From NCBI GenBank assembly GCA_965219445.1, contig CBDCNQ010000004.1:928001-992000 (forward strand): a stretch of DNA of 64,000 nucleotides, read 5' to 3'. Position numbers and translations under genes: made by a program. The notes beneath the pieces were generated by a model. The model did not search any database and had not been told where the DNA came from. It saw only the letters and a list, made by a program, of their open reading frames with translations. Shown in pieces: positions 47,813 to 56,962 of the stretch. Positions within the stretch are counted from its first letter, which is position 1, and each line of letters begins with the position of its first letter. This stretch comes from Longimicrobiales bacterium. Its GTDB lineage: Bacteria; Gemmatimonadota; Gemmatimonadetes; Longimicrobiales; Gaopeijiaceae.

Positions 47813-50068
47813 GTGTGCCCGATCGCGACGATCGCCCGCGTGGGAGTGTTTGCCTTCGTCTGCCTGATCACTGTCCTGCCCGCTGGCGCCCAGCAGCTCT
47901 TTTCCGCGAGACCGGGTGAGGCCCCGTACGTGGTACCACGGATCGAGGGATCCATCGTCCTGGACGGAAGAATGGACGAGACGGCCTGGCAAGCCATCGA
48001 GCCCCTGCCGGCTTCCATGCATTTGCCCACGTTCGGTGCACCGCCTACCGAGCGCACCGAGTTCCGCCTCGCCTACGATGCCAGGTACTTGTACTTCTCG
48101 TGTCAGTCGCATGACTCGGATGTCGACGGCATCCGTATGTATTCGCTCGAGCGGGACGAGAGATCGTTCCGAAGCGATTTCTGCTCCATCTATATCGACA
48201 CCTTCAATGACGAAGAGAACGCGCTGCAGTTCAAAACGTCTCCCTCGGGAAATCGTACCGACTCACACCGCTCGAACGACGGCGAGGGAATCAGCAACCA
48301 GAGTTGGGACGCCTTCTGGGATGTGGCGGTGTTCAGGGACGAGAACGGATGGTTCGCCGAATTTCGCATTCCCTTTTCGAGCATGCTCTTTCAGGCGACC
48401 GACGGACGGGTGGTCATGGGTGTGTCGATGCTACGCAATATCTCTCGGAAGAACGAGCGGCACGTGCACCCGGCCATCCCGCCCGATCTGGGTACCTCCG
48501 CGTTTTCCAAACCGTCACAGATGCGCAAGATCATCCTCGAAGCGGTGGAGGAGCAGGGCAAGCCCGCCTACGTCACCCCGTACCTTCTCGGCGGCGGTGG
48601 TCATTCCCAGGTGCTCAACGAAATCGGAACGGGCTACGACCGCAGCACGGATCGAGTGGAGGAAGCGGGTCTCGACGTGCGCTACGGCCTCACGTCCAAC
48701 CTCACGCTGCAGCTTACGGTGAACACCGACTTCGCCCAGGTGGAGGCCGACGACCAGCAAGTCAACCTCACCCGCTTCTCCCTCTTTTTCCCCGAGAAAA
48801 GGCGCTTCTTCCAGGAGCGAGCGCCGAACTTCGAGTACTCGCTCGGAGGGCAGGACCGGCTATTCCACTCCCGGACCGTCGGGCTATCCGAGGGCAGGCC
48901 GGTCCGGATCTACGGCGGGGGGCGTGTGGTGGGGCGGGTCGGAGATTGGGACGTCGGCGTCCTGAACCTTCAGACCGCGGAGTCCGAAGCTCTTCCCTCG
49001 GAGAACCTAGGCGTGGCCCGCCTCCGGCGTCGCGTGTTGAACCCCAACTCCTACGTGGGCGGAATCCTGACCAGCCGGTTGGGTTCGGGGGGGCGCCGCA
49101 ACATCGTCTACGGGGCGGACGCGATCTTCCGCGTTGCGGGGAACGATTATTTGGTCCTGAACTGGGCCCAGAGTTTCGACGACCAAGAGCCGGCCACAGG
49201 ATCGGTCGGGCCCCTCGACCGAGGCATCGTGCGCTTGAACTGGGAGCGTCGGGGGTCGGATGGGCTCACCTACGCCCTCGATGTCGCCCGGACGGGAGAA
49301 CTGTTCGATCCGGGAATGGGCTTTCTTCGGCGCAGTGACTTTACGAAGGGTCAGGCCAGCTTGGGTTATGGGTGGCGTCCGGGAATCAGAGGGAGGATGT
49401 TCACCTACGCGCTCCAATTCGACGGATCAGCCTTCCGCCGCAACGACAATGGGAATATCGAGACGGCGGAAATCGAGACGAGGCTGATCCTCGAGACGTG
49501 GGGCCGACACCAAGTGAACCTTTCCGTACCGTACCGCTACGAGAACCTGGAGTCGTCGTTCCCCCTACCGGAGGGTAATTCGGTTCCAGCAGGGATCCAC
49601 CGCTTCGCCGCGGTCGGACTCCAGTACCGGTCGCCCCAGGGTGATCGGTTTCGAACCAACGTAGCCGTCGAAGGCGGGCGGTTCTTCGATGGACGGCAGG
49701 TCTCCCTGTCCGTCGGGCCGATCTGGGATCCATCTGCGCACTTGAACCTGTCCGCAAACTACCGCCTCGACTATGTGGAATTCCCCCGCCGTGACCAAAG
49801 CTTCACCTCAAATCTCGTCCGGCTCCGGATTCAGGTATCGCTCTCGACCGAGATCTCTGCCGCCTGGTTCGTCCAGTTCAGCAATACCGACCGGGAGATC
49901 GTCTCGAACCTTCGCTTTCGCTACAATCCCAGCGAAGGCAACGACCTTTACATCGTCTGGAACGAGGGCCTCGTGACGGACCGCAACTACTTCGATCCGG
50001 TGCGTCCGCTGAGCGATGAGCGGACGATCCTGATAAAATACTCCCACACCCTCCAGTTCGGCCTTTAG
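47813..50068 (+). CDS. DUF5916 domain protein with CBM9-like N-terminus
   Basis: LDGRMDETAW, WFAEFRIPFS and VNTDFAQVEAD...NLTRFSLFFPEKRRFF. Confidence 0.85.
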   Translation: MCPIATIARVGVFAFVCLITVLPAGAQQLFSARPGEAPYVVPRIEGSIVLDGRMDETAWQAIEPLPASMHLPTFGAPPTERTEFRLAYDARYLYFSCQSHDSDVDGIRMYSLERDERSFRSDFCSIYIDTFNDEENALQFKTSPSGNRTDSHRSNDGEGISNQSWDAFWDVAVFRDENGWFAEFRIPFSSMLFQATDGRVVMGVSMLRNISRKNERHVHPAIPPDLGTSAFSKPSQMRKIILEAVEEQGKPAYVTPYLLGGGGHSQVLNEIGTGYDRSTDRVEEAGLDVRYGLTSNLTLQLTVNTDFAQVEADDQQVNLTRFSLFFPEKRRFFQERAPNFEYSLGGQDRLFHSRTVGLSEGRPVRIYGGGRVVGRVGDWDVGVLNLQTAESEALPSENLGVARLRRRVLNPNSYVGGILTSRLGSGGRRNIVYGADAIFRVAGNDYLVLNWAQSFDDQEPATGSVGPLDRGIVRLNWERRGSDGLTYALDVARTGELFDPGMGFLRRSDFTKGQASLGYGWRPGIRGRMFTYALQFDGSAFRRNDNGNIETAEIETRLILETWGRHQVNLSVPYRYENLESSFPLPEGNSVPAGIHRFAAVGLQYRSPQGDRFRTNVAVEGGRFFDGRQVSLSVGPIWDPSAHLNLSANYRLDYVEFPRRDQSFTSNLVRLRIQVSLSTEISAAWFVQFSNTDREIVSNLRFRYNPSEGNDLYIVWNEGLVTDRNYFDPVRPLSDERTILIKYSHTLQFGL

Positions 50069-50119
50069 TCTCCCACTGAATCTCGCCCCTCCAGAGTGGC
50101 TGCGATCCTGGGATCTAGC

Positions 50120-50551
50120 CTAGGGATTCGCACTGATGACAATGCGGTCCAGGCCCTCGTGCTCGAGTTCGTTTGCCCCCGCGGGATAGCTGTTGGCACT
50201 GAGAACGAAGGCCATGATGTCTCGATAGGTTTGTGCCGACAGAGTGCCGGGTCGATCGGGCGGCATCCGTTCTTGGATTCGCTCGAACAAGGCACCCAAA
50301 GTGAATCCGCCCCAGAGAAACGCGAAGCTCTGTCCGACGAGGCTCGGCGAAGTATTGTCGCCCCGCAGGTCCGGCGCGTGATACCCGGAGCACGACATCG
50401 TGTACTCAACCCGTCCACGCTCGGCCTGGGCCTCGCTATAGACCCCGTCCCACACAGTGCGCTGAGCGTCGGCCGGTGTTTCTTGCGCGTAGGCGGGACT
50501 CGTAGTGGCGAAAACGAGCGACATGGTCAGGAGCCTCTCCCATCGCTTCAT
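50120..50551 (-). CDS. Small c-type cytochrome partner of the PQQ dehydrogenase; heme motif reads CSGYH
   Basis: Signal peptide, TVWDGVYSEAQAERG and RMPP. ATG overlaps the upstream stop (TGATG). Confidence 0.8.
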   Translation of the reverse strand: MKRWERLLTMSLVFATTSPAYAQETPADAQRTVWDGVYSEAQAERGRVEYTMSCSGYHAPDLRGDNTSPSLVGQSFAFLWGGFTLGALFERIQERMPPDRPGTLSAQTYRDIMAFVLSANSYPAGANELEHEGLDRIVISANP

Positions 50552-52253
50552 CAGTTGCCGTCCGGCAACGCAAAGACGTAGATGGAGTTCCCGTGGTTCG
50601 GGCGGTGAATCTCGGGAATCAACTCGCTTGGAATCAGGTTGCTCCAGCTCGCGCCACCGACTCCCGCCGGCACGGCCAAGTACTGTTTCCCGTTCGCCAA
50701 GTACGTCACGGGAAATCCTTGCGCCGAGGTGGCCAGGCGGGTTTGCCAAAGGATCTCTCCGTCGGTTGCGTCATAGGCGTACACATGACGATCCCAATCG
50801 CCCGCGAACACGAGGCCGCCGCCCGTCGTGAGGGCTGCTGTGTTGATCGGCGACACCGTGCGATGGCGCCACAGGGGTTCCCCGGACCTGATGTCCAGCG
50901 CCTGGAGCTGGCCCAGATGATCCGGGGCGTCGGGATGCCTGTAGTCGGCCCGCCTCACCGGACCCGTTCCGCCTCCGCCGATGACCCGCTCGGTCGGGCC
51001 AAAGGTGGCCCGCTCGCAGTTGAGCGTCATGGGGATGTACAGCGCGTTGGTTTCCGGGCTGAATGCGATCGCACGCCAACTCTTGAACCCCGACGTGCTC
51101 GGGCACATCGTCATTTCGACGCCGATCTCGGGGATCCTGTCCGCTAGATAAGTGACCTCGCCGGTTTCGGGATCCACATCCACGATGTTCTGATATCCGA
51201 GATCGGTGGCGTGGATGAACGCGCCGGTTTCCCGATTGAGCTGCCAGAGAATCGCCAGCTTGCCCATCTTGAATAATGACGGCTGCCCTCCGACGTCGAT
51301 CAGGATGTTCTCGAACCCGTCGTCCATGTCGTTCGTCTCACCGGGAAGGTGCTGGTAGTACCAGACCAATTCTCCGGTGTCCGGATCGAGCGCGAGCGTC
51401 GAATTGGTATAGAGGGCATCGCCATCCGTGCCCCGGACCGACCGGGCCCACGGTTTGGCCTGGGACGTGCCCCAGTAGACCAAATTGGCGTCTGGGTCGT
51501 AGCTACCCGTGATCCACGCGTCGCTGCCCGCCCTGAACTCCAGTGGCAAGTCGCCCCACGTGTCGCCGCCGGGCTCGCCCGGAAGGGCAACGGTCGCTGT
51601 TCGCCACTTTTCCTCGCCGGTGGCCGCTTCGAGCCCCGCGATGAAACAGACATCCTCCTTGTATCGCTCACAGCCGGTGATCCCGGCGATCACCGTGCCT
51701 CGAACCACGATCGGGCCCGCCGAGTACCCGTAGCCCAGACTCGAGTCCGCCGTCTCCGTGTCCCACACGACCTGCCCCGTCCTCGCGTCCAGAGCGACGA
51801 TATGCGCACCGCGTGTGGTCCCGAAGATCTTGTCACCGTAAATGGCGATGCTCTTTTGAGCTCCGCTTCCCCCGCCGGTCCCGTCGGGGTCGACTTCCGG
51901 ACGGTATTCCCAAATCAGGTCTCCCGTCGCTGCGTCGAGCGCCTGAATGACGTCGTGGGGATTCGGCAGGTACATGATCCCGTCGTACACGAGAGGCGTC
52001 GCCTCCTGCGCGCCGCCGTCGTCCATGGCCCACGACCATGCGAGCTGAAGCTGGCCGACGTTGTCCCGGTCGATCTCATCGAGCGGGCTGTACCCCCAGC
52101 GTTGTCGGTGCGCCTCCAGTTGAGCCAGTCCCCGGGGGCAGGGTTGCGTAGCGCTTCCTCTGTAACCGGACGGAAGTCGGTCACTTGAGCCGTGAGACCG
52201 GGGCTCCCTAGCAACACCACCACCGAAAACGGGACAAGGGACCGGACGATCAT
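50551..52253 (-). pseudogene. PQQ-binding beta-propeller dehydrogenase with a -1 frameshift near 52099
   Basis: ORF 51915-52253 supplies the signal peptide and WLNWRRTDNA. Adding one base restores WGYSPLDEI and joins ORF 50551-52026. Confidence 0.85.
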
Positions 52254-52268
52254 CGGTTGCCCTCTCTT

Positions 52269-52487
52269 TCAGCCGACGATCTGCGGTATCAGCGTCCCCT
52301 CAACGTCCGTGAGCCGCCAGTCGCGGCCACTGAATCGATACGTCAGCTCCCTGTGGTCCATGCCGAGCAGGTGTAGCATCGTCGCGTGCAGGTCGTGCGC
52401 CGAGACTGGCTGCTCCAGAGCCTTGTAGCCGAAGTCGTCGCTCGAGCCGATGACCTGCCCCCCGCGGATTCCCGCGCCGGCCATCCG
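52269..52487 (-). pseudogene. C-terminal remnant (about 70 aa) of a DUF1501 protein
   Basis: MAGAGIRGGQVIGSSDDFG...HDLHATMLHLLGMDHRELTYRFSGRDWRLTDVEG is the characteristic DUF1501 tail. The rest of the gene is absent. Confidence 0.8.
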
Positions 52488-52636
52488 ACCGACGGACGTC
52501 TGGAGTGCGTGCATTGCCACCTCGCCTTGATCCCCTCTCCCGAAACCGCCGATCAGGGTTGTTCGGGCAAGAAAGGGATTCGTTGAGCCAGAATAGGTGG
52601 CTTCGCGCTCGTCACGCAAGGAAAGAACGCAGCCCC

Positions 52637-52694
52637 GCGGCCCTCGAAAAAAGCCGCTACGCGATCGAGCGTGAGCTGGGGTGAGGGCGGCATG
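52637..52694 (+). pseudogene. Remnant of a Hanks kinase 5' end
   Basis: Reads AALEKSRYAIERELG(+1)EGGM, versus VALEGRYAIERELGEGGM in the intact kinase. Confidence 0.8.
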
Positions 52695-52717
52695 CGGTCC
52701 CGAAGGTCCGTAATCGA

Positions 52718-54479
52718 CTAGTTCTGGGGCGTCAGCAGCTCGTAGTACGCCGGCACCGAGAACCCGACCGGATCGACTTGATAATACTGACCTTTGGCAA
52801 AATGCCCCGTGGTGGGGTAATACGGTGGAGGCTCGGTCGCCGCACATGAATCGTAGCTGTAGCGCTTCACGTATCCGGTTCCAGCGCCCGTGCCGACCGC
52901 ACCACGCGTCTTCTGGATGATTCCACCCGTGATGTAGAGGCAACCCCGGCCCCACGTCTTGGCTTCGCAGCTCTCGTCGTTCCGGCTGCCCGCGTTGTAG
53001 CCTTGCACAGTAAAGATGTCGAGGGCCAGAATCACACCGTGGAAGAACTCGTCCTTGGTGTCGTCGTACGTCCGGTAGTCCCAGTTGGTGCGCGGCCTTT
53101 GCGGAGCATTCAAGAGGTTGTCGGCAACGATCACGCGTTTGCCGGAGAACATGCCGAACATGTCCTGGCACAGACCCGCCCCGGGATCCGTAGCATAGAT
53201 GATGTCGTCGGCGAAGATGATGTCGTCTGTAGATGCCAGGGTCACCCGGCCCCGTAGCACACCGCTCACCGCCACTTTGCCCGTGACCGAGATCACGCCT
53301 TTGAAGCTGGGGTTGTACTGACGAGAAAGGGGAAAGAGGTAACCGGCGTCGGGACGGCCCGCGAGCCCGGGAGCCTGGATTCCGGTGTAGGGAAGCCAAC
53401 TTCCCTTCCCGTCATTGACCACGAAACCGTTGGTGATGGCGTCCTGTCCGCCCAGGTAGCAGCGACGGGCGGAAGACGTCAGGGCCTGCAGGGCCGTCAC
53501 ATCGGGAGTGCCGGGATCGTTGTCGTGATCATACGGGTGGTTCGCTGCCGCCACGAAAGTGCCGCCGTACCAGGCACCGCAGTTCTCGTTATTCCTGAGG
53601 TCGCTGTCCCATGTACCAACGACCCAGGCCTCATTCGTGGACTGGAAGACTTTTGAAGAAACCCTCGTCGTCGTCCGTGACGTCACCGTCGTTGTTCAGG
53701 TCGATGGCGACGAACTCGATGCGCGTGCTCGCCTGGCCGTAGCCGCCGTTGCTGTCGCCGGTAAAGAGCGTGCCGCCCGCCGCGGCCTGGGCGGCGACTT
53801 TGCTGAGGTCCGCCGTCTGAGGCATCTCGATCCTGGGCACGTACTCGTCGTAGCCCATCATGAATGTGCCGTATTGCGGAGAAGGTACCCTCTTTGCCGT
53901 CCGCACCTCTTGGTGGAAGGTGGCTCCCGACGCATAGATCTTCAGGTCCGAGTTGGAGTGCACGGGGCCAAAAATCTGGTCGCCCCCGCCGAACGAGATG
54001 TAGGACGGCTCGATGTCGGTGAAGTAGGCGAATTTCGCGAAGCTCTCCTGGTAGACCTGAGCACGCCGGATAACCTCGCCGCCACCGTCGTCCCGTACGA
54101 TGGAGACGACGCTTCCGAAGATACCGTACTGACCGGTGGTCACACCGGTGGGACCCACATATAGCCACCGCTTGACGCCCGGGATCGTGTTGCCGTCGCC
54201 GTCCTTGAGCGCCACGCCGTCCTCGAGCGTAGCGTAGGCGCTGTCTGGGTAGAGGGTCGGGTCGCCGTTGACGAGGGCACGAGCGTACTCGAGGCCGCTG
54301 TTGGCCATAATCTGGAGCTGATTGGTCCGTTCGTAGTAGCGGTTCGCCAGGATGTGGTTTCCGCCCACCAAAACCGCTCCGGTGGTCAGTGCGCCCACAA
54401 CGAGCACGACGAGCATCGTGACGACCAGGGCGAACCCGTCCTTTTCGGAGACGTTCGTGAGGTGGGTAAGTGCTTTCAT
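52718..54479 (-). pseudogene. PilX-like minor pilin with a large C-terminal domain; +1 frameshift near 53651
   Basis: Prepilin-like GFALVVTMLVVL, GPVHSN and GGIIQ...GYVKRYSYD. Removing one T from TTTT (53651-53654) joins EGFFK to VFQST. Confidence 0.8.
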
Positions 54480-54507
54480 GATGCGATCCTTCTTTTCGAT
54501 CTGGGGC

Positions 54508-55677
54508 CTAGTTTACCGTGATCTGCTGAGCCGGCGACAGCGGGGACAGAGACGGTGTGCAGTCCTGGGCCGCATGGGCGTACTGATACGTGCTGCCGAC
54601 CTGCACCGTGGCGTCCTCGTACGTATACGAGGCGGCGCCTGCGGGTATGCTGAGGAACGGATCTCCCCAGTCACCAAGGTTCGGGACATTGCGGCGGTAG
54701 AGCACGTAACGGATGACGTCCCGCTCGCCCACAGACTCGTCCGTGGCCGGGGGCCAGTCGAGCCGAACGATGGGCGTGCCGCCAGGGCTGACGACCTGTA
54801 CGGTCAAAGGGCTCCCGAGAATCGGCTCGTCACCACACGTCAACACGATGCCGAAGCCGGCGCTGGGCAGATCGATTACGCGGCTCAGGTCGGCAAACCA
54901 TTCGGCAGCTCCCGGCCGCCCGTTGGTGGAGCGAAAGCTGACACGCACCCCACGGATGCTGTCTGCCCTGGCGCTGTTCGCCGTGTCCGTGGTTGATCCA
55001 TGAAGCAGGACCGAGTGAAAAAGAGGGAGGTCAGCGTCGGGAATGCTGTCGAGCTCGGAACTCTGACTCGTGTACCTGCGCTCACCGAAGTAACGGAAGA
55101 ACGGCATCGATCCCTGCTTCAACAGATTCCTTGCGAGGACCTCGGGTGCCGCGTCGTTCACTTGCCGTTTGAGGACATAATCGTCGGCCCGGGCCGTCGT
55201 GGCGTCGGGCTCGAAGAAGTAGATGATCAACTCGGCCAAGCTGGGCGTGCCCCCCGGGGCCAGATAGATGGTGTCCGGCCACGCGAAGGGCGAGTTAGGA
55301 ATGTTGATCTTTACGCGAGGCGCCTGAACCAGTCCGTTGGGGGCATCGACGTCGACGTACACGGCGGACACGTCGTTGACCAGGTTCGACGTGTAGTCCC
55401 CGGTAAAGGCGATCACGTCTTCGCCTGCCAGCACCATCCCCGGCTGTCCCGCCGGCACGTTGCTGCCCAGGGTCGTGAGATCGATCTCCATCGTCTGATA
55501 CGCATACCGGAGGTTCTGAAGCGTCATCAATTGATTGGCGCCCTTGAGGAAAGCTCTGTGCTGCACCGTCATGAACCCCAATGCGCCGGTAATTACGATT
55601 CCGAATACGACGGTGACGATGAGGAGCTCGATCATCGTAAACCCCGCCTTCCTCCAAGAATTATCTCGCCTGTTCAT
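54508..55677 (-). CDS. PilW/PulJ-like prepilin with C-terminal FN3-like domain
   Basis: AGFTMIELLIV N-methylation motif. C-terminal VRLDWP...YVLYRR...YEDATV...YQY. Confidence 0.85.
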   Translation of the reverse strand: MNRRDNSWRKAGFTMIELLIVTVVFGIVITGALGFMTVQHRAFLKGANQLMTLQNLRYAYQTMEIDLTTLGSNVPAGQPGMVLAGEDVIAFTGDYTSNLVNDVSAVYVDVDAPNGLVQAPRVKINIPNSPFAWPDTIYLAPGGTPSLAELIIYFFEPDATTARADDYVLKRQVNDAAPEVLARNLLKQGSMPFFRYFGERRYTSQSSELDSIPDADLPLFHSVLLHGSTTDTANSARADSIRGVRVSFRSTNGRPGAAEWFADLSRVIDLPSAGFGIVLTCGDEPILGSPLTVQVVSPGGTPIVRLDWPPATDESVGERDVIRYVLYRRNVPNLGDWGDPFLSIPAGAASYTYEDATVQVGSTYQYAHAAQDCTPSLSPLSPAQQITVN

Positions 55678-56060
55678 GGTGACCCCACGACGATGGTTCG
55701 GGACAAGCCCTCGTCGAGACCCGGACCCGAAACGGAAACCATCACCTCTTTGAAGTCGGTGACACGACCCCCCTGACCCTGAGTCTTCACGTGGGTGATT
55801 TTGGTCACGCGATCGAAGCCTTCGAGGCCGGGCAGGTCACCCTCCGTTTTCGCGTACAGTAACTCCAGGTCCTCATATCTCGGATCCATCACGATCAGGG
55901 AGATCCGCCCCTGCACAGCCTGGAGAGCTTCGGACTTCACTCCGGCGCTGGATGCGGCCTGCAACATGTAGGTTGCGGAGGCACCTATGCCCAGAATGGC
56001 GGTCGTGAGGATGAAGACCACCACGGTCATCTCGATGATCGTGAATCCACGTTTATCCAT
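55674..56060 (-). CDS. PilV-like prepilin
   Basis: MDKRGFTIIEM. Overlaps the next gene (ATGA). Confidence 0.85.
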   Translation of the reverse strand: MDKRGFTIIEMTVVVFILTTAILGIGASATYMLQAASSAGVKSEALQAVQGRISLIVMDPRYEDLELLYAKTEGDLPGLEGFDRVTKITHVKTQGQGGRVTDFKEVMVSVSGPGLDEGLSRTIVVGSP

Positions 56061-56062
56061 GA

Positions 56063-56620
56063 TCAGCAGCCCTCCTGCCAAGCCAGGGTCCGATAGGTAA
56101 AGCAACGGACCCGCCCGGTAGCCCGCTCGACCTGGAGAGCCCGCGTATCCTGGGAGTTGTTGCCCGCACTGGCGGCGCGAAAGGAGGTGAGATAGATGAC
56201 CCCCTCTTCGCTGGCGGCTCCGTTGCGATGGAACGTGAGCGCCGGGAGTTGCTCGGCCCTCTTCTTGAACGAGATGGCCTCGACCAGGCCCAGGATCGGT
56301 GTGGCCCCCCCGCGGTCGAACGTCACGCCCTCGGGGAGCTGCACCGTTCTGCGCTCCTCTCCGGCGTCCGTCTTCCCGTTGTTGTTCGCGTCGTCGAGCA
56401 AGACGAACCCGTCGTCGTGGAAGATGAGCACATAGTCGTGCTGGCGTAGAATCGCCCGCCCCCTTGCGGACGCCACGGCGGACCCGACCTCTCGCATGGC
56501 TGCGTCGAGCTGGAAGCGGGGGACGTCGATCCTGGGAACCACGATGAGCATGAGGATTCCGGCCACAGCCAGAACGATGAGGACCTCGATCAGGGTGAAC
56601 CCGACTTGGGGGGCGGGCAC
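56063..56620 (-). CDS. FimT/GspH-like prepilin
   Basis: GTG 56620 after a GAGGGG RBS. GFTLIEVLIVLAVAGIL and ARGRAI. Confidence 0.85.
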   Translation of the reverse strand: MPAPQVGFTLIEVLIVLAVAGILMLIVVPRIDVPRFQLDAAMREVGSAVASARGRAILRQHDYVLIFHDDGFVLLDDANNNGKTDAGEERRTVQLPEGVTFDRGGATPILGLVEAISFKKRAEQLPALTFHRNGAASEEGVIYLTSFRAASAGNNSQDTRALQVERATGRVRCFTYRTLAWQEGC

Positions 56621-56712
56621 AGGATCCCCTCTGCGTACACCGGGGGGCGTACCGCTCCAGAACTGAGCGGAGGGTTTATACGTCATGCGGTAGTCCAACG
56701 GACCACAGTGGA

Positions 56713-56729
56713 TGCAAGGGGTGTGCCCA
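56713..56729 (-). promoter_or_regulatory. Putative sigma54 (-24/-12) promoter of the minor-pilin operon
   Basis: Minus strand TGGGCACACCCCTTGCA, with exact GG-N10-GC spacing, about 90 bp upstream of the first pilin gene. Confidence 0.7.
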
Positions 56730-56962
56730 GAGGCGAAGAAAGGCCGAAAACCGGTGATAAGCCAGTTCCCTCCCGGCATATCACCGGTGTCCATCGTGGG
56801 TGACAATGGGGGAAAACGGACAACGTTTTCCCGTATTGGACAAAATATCCGAGACCATCTTGTGTCCGAACTACTGCCGGGCTGCCGGGGGTGTTCAACG
56901 TTGGGTCAGTGACAGAACAATCTTGCCAACCAGTATCCTCCGGTGACATACGTTTTGGTACC

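Noticed and set aside
50077..50115. Minus-strand LDPRIAATLEGRD, resembling the kinase leader, between convergent genes
   Set aside because: It needs a 2-codon gap, has no start codon and has weak DNA similarity. It could be a fourth stub but is not supportable without an HMM score.
52488..53399. 376-aa ORF apparently fusing unknown sequence to a DUF1501 tail
   Set aside because: The upstream part is an alternate frame of the PilX-like gene plus intergenic DNA. Only the last 70 or so codons are recognisable.
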